64,000 bases of DNA from an uncultured Actinomycetota bacterium (GTDB lineage Bacteria; Actinomycetota; Actinomycetes; Streptomycetales; Catenulisporaceae). The position numbers and the translations under genes were made by a program. The stretch is taken from the NCBI GenBank assembly GCA_963714445.1, contig CAVQPP010000260.1:9115-73114 (forward strand). The letters are read 5' to 3'. Positions 27,755 to 38,655 of this stretch are shown one piece after another (position 1 is the first letter of the stretch; each line of letters starts with the position of its first letter). A model generated the notes under the pieces. That model had not been told where the DNA came from, did no database searches, and was given only the letters and a program-made list of their open reading frames with translations.

Positions 27755-30700
27755 ATGTCCGCCGATGGCCTCCCTGACATCAACTTCGCACGCATCCGCC
27801 CCTACGGGCAGCCCGCGTCGCGGGCTCACGCGTTCGAGGAGCTGGCGTCGATCCTCATCGAGCAGGGCGCGGTCGAGTGGCCTGCGGCAGTCAGGTTCGA
27901 GCGGTTCGGCAATCCGGACGGCGGGCGGGAGGGAAGGGGTGTCCTGCCCAACGGGGATGTGTGGGCGTGGCAGGCCAAGGATCTATCTGAGTTCAACGCG
28001 TCGGCGGCTTCGCAGGTCACGTTCTCCGTGCGCCGCGCTCTGGAAAGCGAGCCGCGCCTGAAGCGCTACTTCGTGACCCTGCCAGCGGACCTGCCGGCCG
28101 GTGACACCGACCGGCGTCCCGAAGGCGGCAGGAAGCTCGTGTCAGCACGCACCCGGTGGGACGGCAAGGTTCGCGAGTGGGAAGAAGCTGCCCGCGTGAA
28201 AGGCATGGACGTCAAGTTCGTGTTCATCGGCGCTCACGAGCTCGTCGCGGCTCTGACGGAGCCCCGCCACGCCGGACGGCTGCGCTACTGGTTCGGGGCG
28301 GACATCCTGACGCCCGAATGGCTGAGACGCCGGATGGACGATGCCATCGAGAAGGCAGGCCCGCGTTACACGCGCGAGGTCCACGTTGAGGTCAGCGCCG
28401 TCCAGGCGGTTGACGCCGCGTGCCGCTCAAAGGAATACGTGCGCAGGTGGCAGCAGGCTCTGGCCTCATTGCGCGAGGCACGGCGCGGTGTGTGGGGCCG
28501 GCCGGATTCCCAGGCCGAGGCCGTTGACCGCTGCTGGAAGGCGCTTGACGATGCGGACGCGGCGCTCGCCGCCCTAATCGCAGCAGCAGGATCCGGCGGC
28601 GACCTGCCGGACCTGGACGGGCCGCTCAAGACGGCGATGCAGGCGGTTGACGAGGTTGACGTTCTGCTGCAACGGGAAGCCGCAAGGCAGAGCGTTCCCT
28701 ATCCCAGCCGCTCCGCCGACCCGATGGCTTCCTTGCATGGCCTGCGGACGACGGCTGAGGCGCTCGGCCACGCTCGTGCTCTCGCCAGTCACGGTTCCGA
28801 GAAGGCAGCGGGCGCGAGGTTTCTGGTCCTGACCGGCCGGGGCGGGGCTGGCAAGACTCACCTGCTCTGCGATGCGGCCAGGCGGAGGACTGCAAGCGGA
28901 CAGCCGGTGATCATGCTGTTCGGCCAAGACTTCTGCGGCAGGTCCCCCGTGTCGCAGGTCGGCGGGCTGAGCCAGCTCGGCGGCTCCCTTGATGACGTGC
29001 TCGGCCTGCTGGACGCCGCAGGGGAGGCAGCCGGATGCACCGGCCTGCTGGTCATCGACGCGCTCAACGAAAGCGAGCACCCTAAGTGGTGGCAGGACGA
29101 CCTTCGGGTCCTGGCCGCAGCGGTCAGGCGGCATCCCCGTGTCGCAGCCGTCGTGTCCTGCAGGAGTGAGTATCTCGGCGAGGTAGTTGGCGACTTGCAG
29201 CTGCCGCAGGTCGAGCATTCTGGCTTTGGCGAGGCAACTGGCGCAGCCATCAAGAGGTACGCGTGTGCGTACGGGATCGAGCTTCCGACTTTCCCGCTCC
29301 TGAACCCGGAGTTCAGCAACCCGCTGTACCTGAAGCTGACTTGCCGGGCCGTTCAGACGCTCGGTGAGAGTCGCTTCCCTCTAGGCACAGCAGGCCTCAC
29401 AACAGTCGTTGGGGCGTTCATCGAGGCGGTGAACACACGCCTGTCCGATGCCGAGCGCTGCGACTATGATCCCTGGCTTGACCTCGTCGGCCAGTGCGTG
29501 CGCCAGCTCGCCGGCCTTGACCGAGACACCTGGCGCCTGGACGAGGTGCGCCGGATCGCCGAGGGGCTCCTCCCGGGCCGCAGTTGGTCTGGGTCACTCA
29601 TGAACGGTCTCATCAGCGAGGGCGTTATTCGTGAAGTCCACGACCGCTGGTTCACCTTCGGTTACCAGCGGCTGGGTGACGTGGCTAGGGCTGCTGCGGT
29701 CGCCGGTAAGTCTCCGGATGGCATCCGAGAGTGGCTGAAGGGACTTGGCGATGAGCCGTCGGATCGTGGCGTCCTCAGCGCCCTCGCCGTCATGGTCCCG
29801 GAACGTCATGGCCGAGAACTGGTCGACCTTGACGCTGACGAGGAGGGCAACGTCACCTGGGAGGTCGTTGACGGGTTCCTCGACGGCTTGGTCCTGCGGG
29901 CACCCGATTCGGTGACTCCCCGAACCGCCGAACTCGTGGAGAAGATCCTGCGCAACGGCCACCGGGCCGACGAACTCCTGGAGTCCCTAGTCCGCGTTGC
30001 CTGCATCCCGGGGCATCCTCTTAACGCGGAGTGGCTGCACGGGTACCTCACACCCCTCGAAGTCACGGATAGGGACGTGACATGGACGGCCTGGCTGACC
30101 GGCGGCACGGACACGGAAGCCGATAGCAGCGTCAGACGGCTCATCGAATGGGCCTGGCCCTATGACCCCCAGGAACAGGTTCCGTCCGGCGACGAGGTCG
30201 CGTTCCTAGCCACGATCACTCTGGGCTGGTTCCTGACCGCCACCGACCGGCGGGTACGCGACATGGCTACCAAGGCATTGGTATGCCTCGCGGAGCGTCA
30301 ACCGTCCGCCTTCGGAAAGGCGCTCGCGTTGTTCCGAGGCGTCAACGACCCCTACGTCACCGAGCGGCTGGCAGCCGCGGCCGGCGGCGCAGCGCTGAGG
30401 ACCACCGATGTGGCCATCCTGAGGACGATCGCTGACGGCGTGCTGGCGCTCGCTAGGGAGCACTGGCCGCAGCACTTGCTGACGCGGGACTACATGGAGC
30501 GGGTCCTCACCACGGCAGGCGATCACGGGTGGCGAGGGCCGGAGAGACGGCCGCCCTACGGTTCGCAGTGGCCAGTCCCTTCTCGGACCGCAGAGGAAAT
30601 CGAGGCCCTGGCGGGCCCGCCAGGCTACGAATACAGCTCCATCTGGCACTCCCTCACGGGGATGGGGGACTTCGGCCGGTACATCCTTCGAACAGCTCTC

Positions 30701-31921
30701 CGCAATGTAGCGAGCGGTGATCCGCAGGCCCTGGAGCATGCCGCTGAACGCGCGATATTTGACCGCGTACTCGAACTCGGCTGGACTCCGGAGCGGTTCC
30801 GCGCAGCTGACCGCGGGCGCTCGTGGGACCGCGACCGCCCCGTTGAACGCGTGGGCAAGAAGTACCAGTGGATCGGCCTCTACGAGGTGCTGGGACGGAT
30901 CGTCGACAATCTTCCGGTCAACGAAGCGTGGGGAGGCACAGGACCCAGCCGGTACGAGTATCCCGAGCAGCTCATCTACCGCGACATCGACCCCACGGTC
31001 CTGGTCAGGAGCGCAGTCGCACCAAGCACGGCGGGGCGCTGCTGGTTTTCCCCGGCAGAAGCCGGCTTCCCGTCAACGGTCCTAGACGACTACCCATCCG
31101 ACATGGCCCATGTCCCCGACCCCATAGAGCTGATCGCGGTCCACGATCCTGAGGGAGTGCCCTGGCTGGTGCTGGGCAGCCACCCGCAGTGGAAGCAACG
31201 GCTCGCTCCGGAAATGAAGGCACTTGGCACCAAGCGACGTGAGGCCTGGATGCACATCACGGGCTACTTGGTGCCCATCGCCAGCGCAAGTGCCCTGCGA
31301 TCATGGGCGCGGCGGCAGAGTTGGGAGGGGCGCTGGCTGCCTGAGGCACCAGACGCCTACAACGTTCTCCTAGGCTCTTACCCCGATGATCCCAGATGGT
31401 CAGCCGCGGACGGCACGGTCACCTACTGGGATCAGCGCCGCGGAGGAACGATGCCAGATGGCCTGACCCTGGCCGCCGCAGCGTACAGCGGTACCGGCAC
31501 CAACCGGGACGCGTCCGCACCCGTCCAAGCCGCCGGATACGTCCCAAGTCGCCAGCTGCATGCCGTGCTCGGCCTGCCCAGAGGGGCTGACTTCGCATGG
31601 ACTGACGGCTCGGGGATCGCACTCCAAGATCCTTCGGCCGCCATGGGCGGCCCCCCAACCCTCGCCATGCGCCGCGATCTTCTCCCCCGCCTCACAGACG
31701 CGGGCCTTACGATCTTCTGGGCGGTGCTGGTCGGCAACGAAGTGCACAGCACCGACCCGTTCGACCACCCTGGCCATGACTGCCGGTGGGTCGGCGCTAG
31801 CGCCTCATACATTTTCAGCGGCGACTCGATAGAACTGATCAGCGCGACCGCCAACCGCTGGACTCCCGGCCCAGAAATCGAGCACAGTGTCAACTGGAAG
31901 CCAGGGCAGAGCGAACGCTAG
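27755..31921 (+). CDS. Avs(2)-like STAND NTPase with N-terminal PD-(D/E)xK nuclease
   Basis: AFEEL...DGGRE...WQAK nuclease motif, GRGGAGKT, LVIDALNE, NPLYLKL, and C-terminal ERVGKKYQWI...RDIDPT. Confidence 0.75.
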   Translation: MSADGLPDINFARIRPYGQPASRAHAFEELASILIEQGAVEWPAAVRFERFGNPDGGREGRGVLPNGDVWAWQAKDLSEFNASAASQVTFSVRRALESEPRLKRYFVTLPADLPAGDTDRRPEGGRKLVSARTRWDGKVREWEEAARVKGMDVKFVFIGAHELVAALTEPRHAGRLRYWFGADILTPEWLRRRMDDAIEKAGPRYTREVHVEVSAVQAVDAACRSKEYVRRWQQALASLREARRGVWGRPDSQAEAVDRCWKALDDADAALAALIAAAGSGGDLPDLDGPLKTAMQAVDEVDVLLQREAARQSVPYPSRSADPMASLHGLRTTAEALGHARALASHGSEKAAGARFLVLTGRGGAGKTHLLCDAARRRTASGQPVIMLFGQDFCGRSPVSQVGGLSQLGGSLDDVLGLLDAAGEAAGCTGLLVIDALNESEHPKWWQDDLRVLAAAVRRHPRVAAVVSCRSEYLGEVVGDLQLPQVEHSGFGEATGAAIKRYACAYGIELPTFPLLNPEFSNPLYLKLTCRAVQTLGESRFPLGTAGLTTVVGAFIEAVNTRLSDAERCDYDPWLDLVGQCVRQLAGLDRDTWRLDEVRRIAEGLLPGRSWSGSLMNGLISEGVIREVHDRWFTFGYQRLGDVARAAAVAGKSPDGIREWLKGLGDEPSDRGVLSALAVMVPERHGRELVDLDADEEGNVTWEVVDGFLDGLVLRAPDSVTPRTAELVEKILRNGHRADELLESLVRVACIPGHPLNAEWLHGYLTPLEVTDRDVTWTAWLTGGTDTEADSSVRRLIEWAWPYDPQEQVPSGDEVAFLATITLGWFLTATDRRVRDMATKALVCLAERQPSAFGKALALFRGVNDPYVTERLAAAAGGAALRTTDVAILRTIADGVLALAREHWPQHLLTRDYMERVLTTAGDHGWRGPERRPPYGSQWPVPSRTAEEIEALAGPPGYEYSSIWHSLTGMGDFGRYILRTALRNVASGDPQALEHAAERAIFDRVLELGWTPERFRAADRGRSWDRDRPVERVGKKYQWIGLYEVLGRIVDNLPVNEAWGGTGPSRYEYPEQLIYRDIDPTVLVRSAVAPSTAGRCWFSPAEAGFPSTVLDDYPSDMAHVPDPIELIAVHDPEGVPWLVLGSHPQWKQRLAPEMKALGTKRREAWMHITGYLVPIASASALRSWARRQSWEGRWLPEAPDAYNVLLGSYPDDPRWSAADGTVTYWDQRRGGTMPDGLTLAAAAYSGTGTNRDASAPVQAAGYVPSRQLHAVLGLPRGADFAWTDGSGIALQDPSAAMGGPPTLAMRRDLLPRLTDAGLTIFWAVLVGNEVHSTDPFDHPGHDCRWVGASASYIFSGDSIELISATANRWTPGPEIEHSVNWKPGQSER

Positions 31922-32281
31922 CTGACCCGGCTCGCACCCGTCGCTGACCAGCGGCTCCCTCTACCCCCGCGCGAACACGGCCTGGTCCCTGCACAGGCCC
32001 AGTCGAAGAGTTCGATCTCCGCAGCCTGCTCGGCGTCCCGCACGTACTTGACCGCAAGACTGGCGAGAACCTCAAGGCGCTGTTAAGTGACCAGCTCACT
32101 CATGGCAGTCCCGATGCACGCCGCCACCCCGTTCGAGACCAGCCATGCACGCGCCCCCGCCGGCAGGTACCGCAAGGCTGGCCTGCTCAGGCTTACCGCA
32201 GGAACAGGTCCCGGCAACTCGATATCCTCAGCGATCAGCGGCACGAAGCCGGCCGCTGAGGGGAACCGGGGAGCCAGGACC

Positions 32282-33688
32282 GTGCACCGCTACAACTTCG
32301 ACCTGCCGACGACGCTGCGGCTCCGCGAGCTGATCGACGAGTACGGCCGCATGCGCCGCCTGGAGGGGATGACCCCGCAGCAGCGCGGACAGCGGTTCAA
32401 CGAGTTCATCGCCGAACTGCTCAGGTGCTGGGGCCTCGACCGCGTGGACGCCAGCGTCCGGTCGGTGGGCGAGATCGACGTGACCTTCGCCATCAACGGC
32501 ACGCGGTTCATCCTCGAAGCTAAGTGGGAGCAACGGCCTGTCGACTACGGCCCCATGGCCAAGCTCCGCGGGCGGATTACCCAGCGGCTCGCCGGAACCT
32601 GTGGCGTGCTCCTGTCCATGTCAGGCTATTCAGATGAGGCGCTGGAGGGCATCGTCCGAGGCCAGCAGCCGGACATGCTGCTGCTCGACTGGACGCACCT
32701 GGAAGCAATGCTCTCTGCCCTCCGGTCTCCGGCCGACCTCTTCACCGAGCTAATGGACCGGGCGTCGTACCGCGGCGAGGTCCAGATGCCGCTCACCGAC
32801 CTTGTGGTAGCGGAGGACCGGCCGATGCTGCCGGTGCTGCGACTCGGTGGCCTGGACGACTCCGTGCCCGTTATCACCGAGACGGCGCCCCGCGTCCACG
32901 GTGAGGTGGTTCTCCACGGTACTCAGCCGCAGGAGACCATCGCGGACGGCATCGCCGTCGATCCGGACGGGCGGCTGCTCCTGACCATGCCCCAGGGTGT
33001 CGTCCGAGCTGACCCTGGCAGCGGTGCCTGCGACTGGGCCGTGCCAGTCCCAGGCTGCCGGGGAAGCGCCCTGCCCTGCCCGGACGGCGGCCTCCTGGTT
33101 ATCTGCGGGGAGACCGTCCTCCGCTGGGACGGCCGGGAGTGCCATATCGTGGCCGGCGGATTCACCGGCGGCACGTCGCTTCTCCGGGGACCTGACGGGC
33201 AGGCGTGGGTCTTCGACTACAAGAAGGCCGAGTGGCTCCAGTTCGGCATGTCCGTCACCCTGACCTGCCTCGGTACTGAAATGGGACAGGAGCAGCGCAA
33301 CGTCGTCAACTTCCAGGCCGGCATCTGGAACGCCGTCTGGCTGTCGGGGCGCCGCTTCTTCCTCGCCGGCGACGGCCACTTCGGCGTCGTGGACCTCGAC
33401 AAGACCCCCACTGTTCCGGTCGATGACCGGCTCCGCTCACCGCACCCAGACCAGCGCGGCGCGATCAGGATCGACGAGCACACGGTCATGACCGCCACCC
33501 GCCATGGCACGGTCTACCGCATCGACGTGGAAACCGGGGAAACCGACCTGATCGCACGCCTGGACATGCTGGCGCTCGGCTGCGACATGACCTCAGACGA
33601 TCACGGCCGCGCCTACATCCTTGAGCACCAGGGCAGCCCACGAGCCTTCATTCCGGTCGTAGTCACCTTGTCCGGATACGCAGGGTGA
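32282..33688 (+). CDS. Mrr-like restriction endonuclease fused to a predicted beta-propeller
   Basis: RGQRFNE...EIDV...LEAKW nuclease motif followed by repeated beta-blade-like segments (GIAVDPDGRLLL). Confidence 0.7.
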   Translation: MHRYNFDLPTTLRLRELIDEYGRMRRLEGMTPQQRGQRFNEFIAELLRCWGLDRVDASVRSVGEIDVTFAINGTRFILEAKWEQRPVDYGPMAKLRGRITQRLAGTCGVLLSMSGYSDEALEGIVRGQQPDMLLLDWTHLEAMLSALRSPADLFTELMDRASYRGEVQMPLTDLVVAEDRPMLPVLRLGGLDDSVPVITETAPRVHGEVVLHGTQPQETIADGIAVDPDGRLLLTMPQGVVRADPGSGACDWAVPVPGCRGSALPCPDGGLLVICGETVLRWDGRECHIVAGGFTGGTSLLRGPDGQAWVFDYKKAEWLQFGMSVTLTCLGTEMGQEQRNVVNFQAGIWNAVWLSGRRFFLAGDGHFGVVDLDKTPTVPVDDRLRSPHPDQRGAIRIDEHTVMTATRHGTVYRIDVETGETDLIARLDMLALGCDMTSDDHGRAYILEHQGSPRAFIPVVVTLSGYAG

Positions 33689-33838
33689 GTTCCCGAACCG
33701 CACCCGGCAAGAGGTGATCGCCGTCGCGGCACTTGCTTCACGCTGCCAGGCGGCGTGGACTCCCAGCCTTCCCTGCCCGCTGGCCGGGACTGACCAGACC
33801 GCCGACGAGTTGACAGCCCAACCGACCTGGCCACCGGC

Positions 33839-36800
33839 AACTATCCGGTAGGAACGATGTCATTTCTGCGCAGTCTTCCTGTCATCTGGAGAGCATGAAC
33901 GTCCGCTCCGGTGAAGATGTCATTTCCCTATCGGGTGATGGCTGCGCCGGGACCGGGCTGGGGTGGTTTTCCGTTCGCTGGTGCGGGCGCTGGGGGTGAA
34001 CGCGAATCGCCGAACGGTGGATCGCAGCACCCGTCGCGAACGCCTTCAGCAGAGCTGACAGACGGGACGAGCTGGTGCTATGCGAACCAGGCTTGGCTGT
34101 CGGCTATGTCAGCGAGCGAGGGTTCCTCAGCGTGATCCGACAGTGTTTGCTCTGCCGATGTCACCCACGCAAGAGGGAGGTCTGCCGGGTTTTGGAGTAC
34201 GTCGCGCATCAGCTGAACGGGAATGCCCTCAATGACCATGTTCTGCGGGCACGCGTGGGGGCCGTAGCGGCGCAAGCATGCCAGAAGGCTGCTGGAGGGG
34301 TTGCTCTGTGCCCGCCACGTCAGCGCGTACAAGGCCGGCCAGGCGGCGATTCCGTACACAGCCAAGGACGCGAGTTCTTCGTCGTCAGGTCCTGTCTTGA
34401 TACAGATGGTTTCGGGGTCGAAGGCGTGATGGGCGGCGAGCAGCCAGGAAAGGGGGGATGCCTTGGCCGCTTTGCCGATGCAGTTTTCCTTCCGAAAGCA
34501 GTTCAGCTCGGCCGATCCGATTCGGCTTGAGCTGTAGCACAGCGCTTGGAGAAGGGACGCGGGAAGTTCCCGCAGGCCGCTGGCGAGCTGGTCTAGGCAC
34601 CGGGTCAGGACGTTGTCGTCGGCGATGGAGACCAGGCCCAGGGTCCAGGTTGCGCGGGACAGCGGGTCGGTGTGCGCCTCAAACTGAGATGTCCACCAGC
34701 TGGCCTGGGACCTGTTGAGGCGTAGTTCCTGCAGGAGTCTGCCGTAGTCGGGGTGGTCCCCGAGTGGCGCCGTGCCGGGTGTCAGGTCGCCTTCAGTCCT
34801 GTAGTTCTCGGATTCGGTCGCGGCGCCGATGACGGCGATCTCGGCGGCGAGCCAGCATGGCCCGAAGATCTGGCTCACCTCGCGGGCGGTGTTTCCCCAG
34901 ATTGATGTCGTGCCAGCCTGGCCGCGGCCGGTCCGCGAGGCGGCCTGGATCCGGCCGAAGCGGGGATCGCGGGACTTAAGGCGTCTGAGGATCGCCAGCC
35001 GCTGCTGGTCGGTCACGGTCATATCGGCATGCCCGTAATCCATACTGTACGGATCCGACCCCGACCCCATGCCGGCCCTGCGGAGGAAATTCTGCGGGGC
35101 AAGCAGCCGGAGGACGTCATCCGCATACCCGGCGACGGTGGCCGGGGTTTCGGAGCAGAGGCCTCCCAGGACGTTGTGCACAAGCTGGGCTTCGGATGGT
35201 GAGCGGGGCGGCGGGACGACGCCAGCTTCCAGCGCGGCGGCTGCCGACCCTGGATCGGCCAGGTTGAGGCGGCTGATCTGGGCGGCGGTCAGCCGCTGCC
35301 CGCCCTGGAAGGGAACGCCTGCTCGCAGCCAGGCCTGCTCGCTGTCGGTGCCGGTGGCCTGGTCCATGCGCGGCTGCCACCAGCCGTCGAAGAGCGCACG
35401 GTCGGGCTGCACCTGCCATGCGATGCGCAGCCGCTCGCTGTTCAGTGGCCCGGATGGGTTCGCGGCAAAGGTATCTCGCAGGGCGGAGGACAGCATGGCG
35501 GCTGCGTTCTCGTCGGCGAACTTCGTGGTGCAGGCACCGGAGCCGAGTTCCTGGGAGAGCAGCCGGATGCTCAGGTCGTCCACGAACAGGCGGACGGCGC
35601 GTTGCTGCGTGCGCGGACGCGCGTCGAAAACGCCGTCGGCGAGCAGGGTCCAGGCAGCGAGGCGGCCCTGACGCGGATGATGGCCTTCCTCGAACTCTTC
35701 TTCAAGCCCTTCGACAAGGCCGCTGATTTCGTTCGGGTTCGCGAACCCCGCGAAGAACCGGCACGTGTTCAGCCAATGGGAGCGCCGCACGAGCTGCTGG
35801 AGAATGGCGGACTTGTGTGACTGAGGTGAGGATGCGCCGGCGTAGGCGTACAGGTACCTGGCGGCGAAATACTCCCGCACGGGCGGGACGTCGAACTCGT
35901 ACGTGCCGCTGATCTTGCTGGTGAGCGCCCAGATCCGCTGAGTTACCCCATCGAAGAGCGCGTCGACTACTGAGGTGTCCTTGCCCATCGTGAACAGGTA
36001 GTCGTTGATCGCGCGGCGGATGGCCTGGGTGGGAAGCCGGCCGTTGATGGCTTCCGTTTCGCCGGTCGCCTGCAGGTGCCAGCCGAGGAACGCCGTGATC
36101 TCCTCCAGATCCTTGCGGTACTTGCGGACCAGCGAGGGCTTGGCCTGCTCGCGGTCAAACAGCGTCTCCATGTACGCCGTGTACAGCTCGGTCCGCCGCT
36201 CCGGCACCGCCTCCTGGCGGCGGTGCATCAAGTAGAGCAGGATGGTTAGCTGCATCGGGTTATCGGCCAGTTGCGCGATGTGCGGTTCGGCGGTCCGCTG
36301 GTCGAAGATGCGCTGCAGCTTCCGTCGGTCCGGGCCATGGATCGAATGCGCGTCAGCCCACTTACGCAGGTACTCCTGGCGCAGGGCGGGAGAGAGGTCC
36401 ATCAGCTCGATCGTGTCGAACGTCTCCGACGACGGCTCTGGCAGCCCCGAAGCGTTAGGGCGGGTAGTGACGATGACCTGCTGCGGGACAGCAGCGTCTG
36501 CCAGCCTCCCGGTGAACTCGTTGATCTCGACGACTATCCGGGCGCGGGCGTCCTTTTCCGGAACCTCATCCAGGCCGTCGAGCACGATCAGTATTGCGAA
36601 GCGGCCGAGGACGTCCATCACCGTGGACACCGTGGCGGGCAGGCCGCCGCTGCGGTGATGCATCACGTAGGCCAGGAACGCCTCCACTGAGCAAGGCCTG
36701 GGCCGCTTCCTTCGCGTCGGCTGGGCGTCGCCGTCGCCGAGCGGGTCGCCGCCATCCATCCAGACGGCGTAGTCCTGCAGTTCGGCACGTAGCGGCAGGC

Positions 36801-38060
36801 GGGGCTTATCGGCTTTAAGGCCGGGTCTTTGGCCGGCGAGGTAGTCCGGGTGCTTCAGGAACTCCGCCCGGTGCACCTGGCATAGATACTGGCCAAGAGT
36901 TGATTTGCCCTGACCCGGTGCACCCCGGACCACAGTGAGAGCCGCCGAGGACTTGAGCAGATGAACTGCGGCGCCGCCCAATTCTGTCACGTTGCCTGGG
37001 AGATGGAGGCCGCGGCGGCGCTCCTGAACGGAGCGCGCTGTCACGTCAACGTAAAGGTCGCTGAGGTCGTAGTTATCCATGTCAACCTGCCGGAACTTGA
37101 CCTTCGCGTCGTCCTGCCACTGAGTGGCGACCACTTTCCGCAGAAGGGTTCCCAGCTCCCGGTCGCGTTCTTCCAGAGCGTCGCGCTCGATGAGACAGCG
37201 GACAAGGTCGTGCCCGGCCAGCATGTCGCTGTAAGCCCACTTCAGCTCCTTGGGAGCCGTATCGACCCGGGCGTCTATATCTGCCTGCCACCAGCAGGAC
37301 ATAGGTACGCCGAAGATCTCCGAGTGGACCTGCAAGCGCTCGTCGAGACGGTCCATCGTGCCCCGGCCGCGCGCCGCCGTGCCTGCTACGCAGGTCAGCA
37401 GGATGTATTCCTCGGCACCCTCGGACACCAGCCGCCTGATGTTCGCTGCTTCTTCCCGGATCGCCCCATCGAGCCACGCCACAGGATCACGCAGGCGCCT
37501 GTTTGTCCACTTGACCTGATAAACAAAGCGACGCCCCCGGTCAGAGCGCACGGCATCACGGCCGCCGTCCTTCTGCCCGACCGGATAGCACGCCACATCC
37601 GGGAACACGTGAGCCAAGAGCGCCCCACACAACTGCTGGAAGCGCTTCTCGCCTAGCCGCTCGTAGAGATACCTCCACGACCCCCCGCTATCACCGGGCA
37701 TCGCCCTCCCCGCCCAGGCGTCCTAGCCGGCCCCGCCGCGTTGACTCGCCCGTGATCGCGCTTTCCGTCCCCATCGCAACGCTGGGAGTCTAACCGTCGT
37801 CACTCAGTCGGCTGCCAAGGATCGGCGAACTCCAGGGACGGAGATGCGATGAACATGTCAAGTGATACCCGCCGTCCGCGAGCTGACAGACAGCCTAAAG
37901 CTACGCGCGCAGCGCCCCGCGGCTATCACCCCGTGATCTTGGGCGAGCGAATCAAGCTCGGCTGTCAACAACACCACGCCACAGATGACAAGTACCTGGA
38001 CAAGTGACATCTGGAGTGACAACCAAGCGGTCTAGATGACATCTTCTCCGGACCCCTCCA
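33839..38060 (-). mobile_element. Second non-autonomous mini Tn7-like element (degenerate termini) carrying a NACHT gene
   Basis: The reverse complement of 37968-38060 is about 80% identical to 3975-4067. 33857-33929 matches the reverse complement of 5417-5495. Terminal bases are eroded and there is no perfect duplication. Confidence 0.7.
34078..37701 (-). CDS. NACHT NTPase with N-terminal restriction-nuclease domain
   Basis: FQQLC...DGGRD...YQVK, GAPGQGKST, IVLDGLDEV, IVTTRP, NPMQLTIL. Confidence 0.85.
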   Translation of the reverse strand: MPGDSGGSWRYLYERLGEKRFQQLCGALLAHVFPDVACYPVGQKDGGRDAVRSDRGRRFVYQVKWTNRRLRDPVAWLDGAIREEAANIRRLVSEGAEEYILLTCVAGTAARGRGTMDRLDERLQVHSEIFGVPMSCWWQADIDARVDTAPKELKWAYSDMLAGHDLVRCLIERDALEERDRELGTLLRKVVATQWQDDAKVKFRQVDMDNYDLSDLYVDVTARSVQERRRGLHLPGNVTELGGAAVHLLKSSAALTVVRGAPGQGKSTLGQYLCQVHRAEFLKHPDYLAGQRPGLKADKPRLPLRAELQDYAVWMDGGDPLGDGDAQPTRRKRPRPCSVEAFLAYVMHHRSGGLPATVSTVMDVLGRFAILIVLDGLDEVPEKDARARIVVEINEFTGRLADAAVPQQVIVTTRPNASGLPEPSSETFDTIELMDLSPALRQEYLRKWADAHSIHGPDRRKLQRIFDQRTAEPHIAQLADNPMQLTILLYLMHRRQEAVPERRTELYTAYMETLFDREQAKPSLVRKYRKDLEEITAFLGWHLQATGETEAINGRLPTQAIRRAINDYLFTMGKDTSVVDALFDGVTQRIWALTSKISGTYEFDVPPVREYFAARYLYAYAGASSPQSHKSAILQQLVRRSHWLNTCRFFAGFANPNEISGLVEGLEEEFEEGHHPRQGRLAAWTLLADGVFDARPRTQQRAVRLFVDDLSIRLLSQELGSGACTTKFADENAAAMLSSALRDTFAANPSGPLNSERLRIAWQVQPDRALFDGWWQPRMDQATGTDSEQAWLRAGVPFQGGQRLTAAQISRLNLADPGSAAAALEAGVVPPPRSPSEAQLVHNVLGGLCSETPATVAGYADDVLRLLAPQNFLRRAGMGSGSDPYSMDYGHADMTVTDQQRLAILRRLKSRDPRFGRIQAASRTGRGQAGTTSIWGNTAREVSQIFGPCWLAAEIAVIGAATESENYRTEGDLTPGTAPLGDHPDYGRLLQELRLNRSQASWWTSQFEAHTDPLSRATWTLGLVSIADDNVLTRCLDQLASGLRELPASLLQALCYSSSRIGSAELNCFRKENCIGKAAKASPLSWLLAAHHAFDPETICIKTGPDDEELASLAVYGIAAWPALYALTWRAQSNPSSSLLACLRRYGPHACPQNMVIEGIPVQLMRDVLQNPADLPLAWVTSAEQTLSDHAEEPSLADIADSQAWFA

Positions 38061-38074
38061 CCAGCGGAGTGTTT

Positions 38075-38140
38075 CTGTCCCTCCAGCACCTTTTCCCGGG
38101 GCTGCAGTGAAAAAGGGCCCTCAAAACCCGATTTCTGTAG
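38075..38140. other. Conserved non-coding motif next to element end (candidate target site, copy 2, inverted)
   Basis: The reverse complement aligns without gaps to 6623-6688. Confidence 0.6.
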
Positions 38141-38655
38141 GTAGGCGACCAATACGGCGGCACGCGGGACCAGTCCACCATGACAGATCCTCCGAGCAGC
38201 ATCACACGGTGCCCGCAGCCAGGCATGCCCTCATCCGGCTGCCCGGCGGCGGGCGCTGGCCCGGTCGTGGCACGCACCTTCGCAGTGCGTGCCGCCGTGC
38301 CCCCTACGCGGTACCCGCCCGGGGGCCGGCCCTCGTGCGGGGCCGCCCCCTGCTGGCGGGGCGGGCACCGGCGCACACCGGCCCATAGCCCGGGGCCGGG
38401 TGCTGCGGCCGTCCCCGCGCTGGCCGGCTTGACGGGACGGCTGGAGTGGAGGGTGGATGCCTGCGGTCCCGGGCGGCAGGCCAGCCCGCCCCGCCGGCCG
38501 CTGGCCGGCCAGGCCGGGCCGTCGGTCACCGCCCGGGACCCTGTGCCCGCTCCTGTCGGCCTTCCCCTCCGGCAGGGCCGGGCCGCCCGCCCGGCCCCGC
38601 CCCGCCGCCGGGCCTTGTGTTATCTCGGCCCATTCCCCCGGCTGGCCTATAGCTC

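Noticed and set aside
3975-38060. One 34-kb composite transposon bounded by the inverted ends at 3975 and 38060
   Set aside because: Both are left-type ends with their own nearby right ends, and the flanks (GCCGG vs CCAGC) form no duplication.
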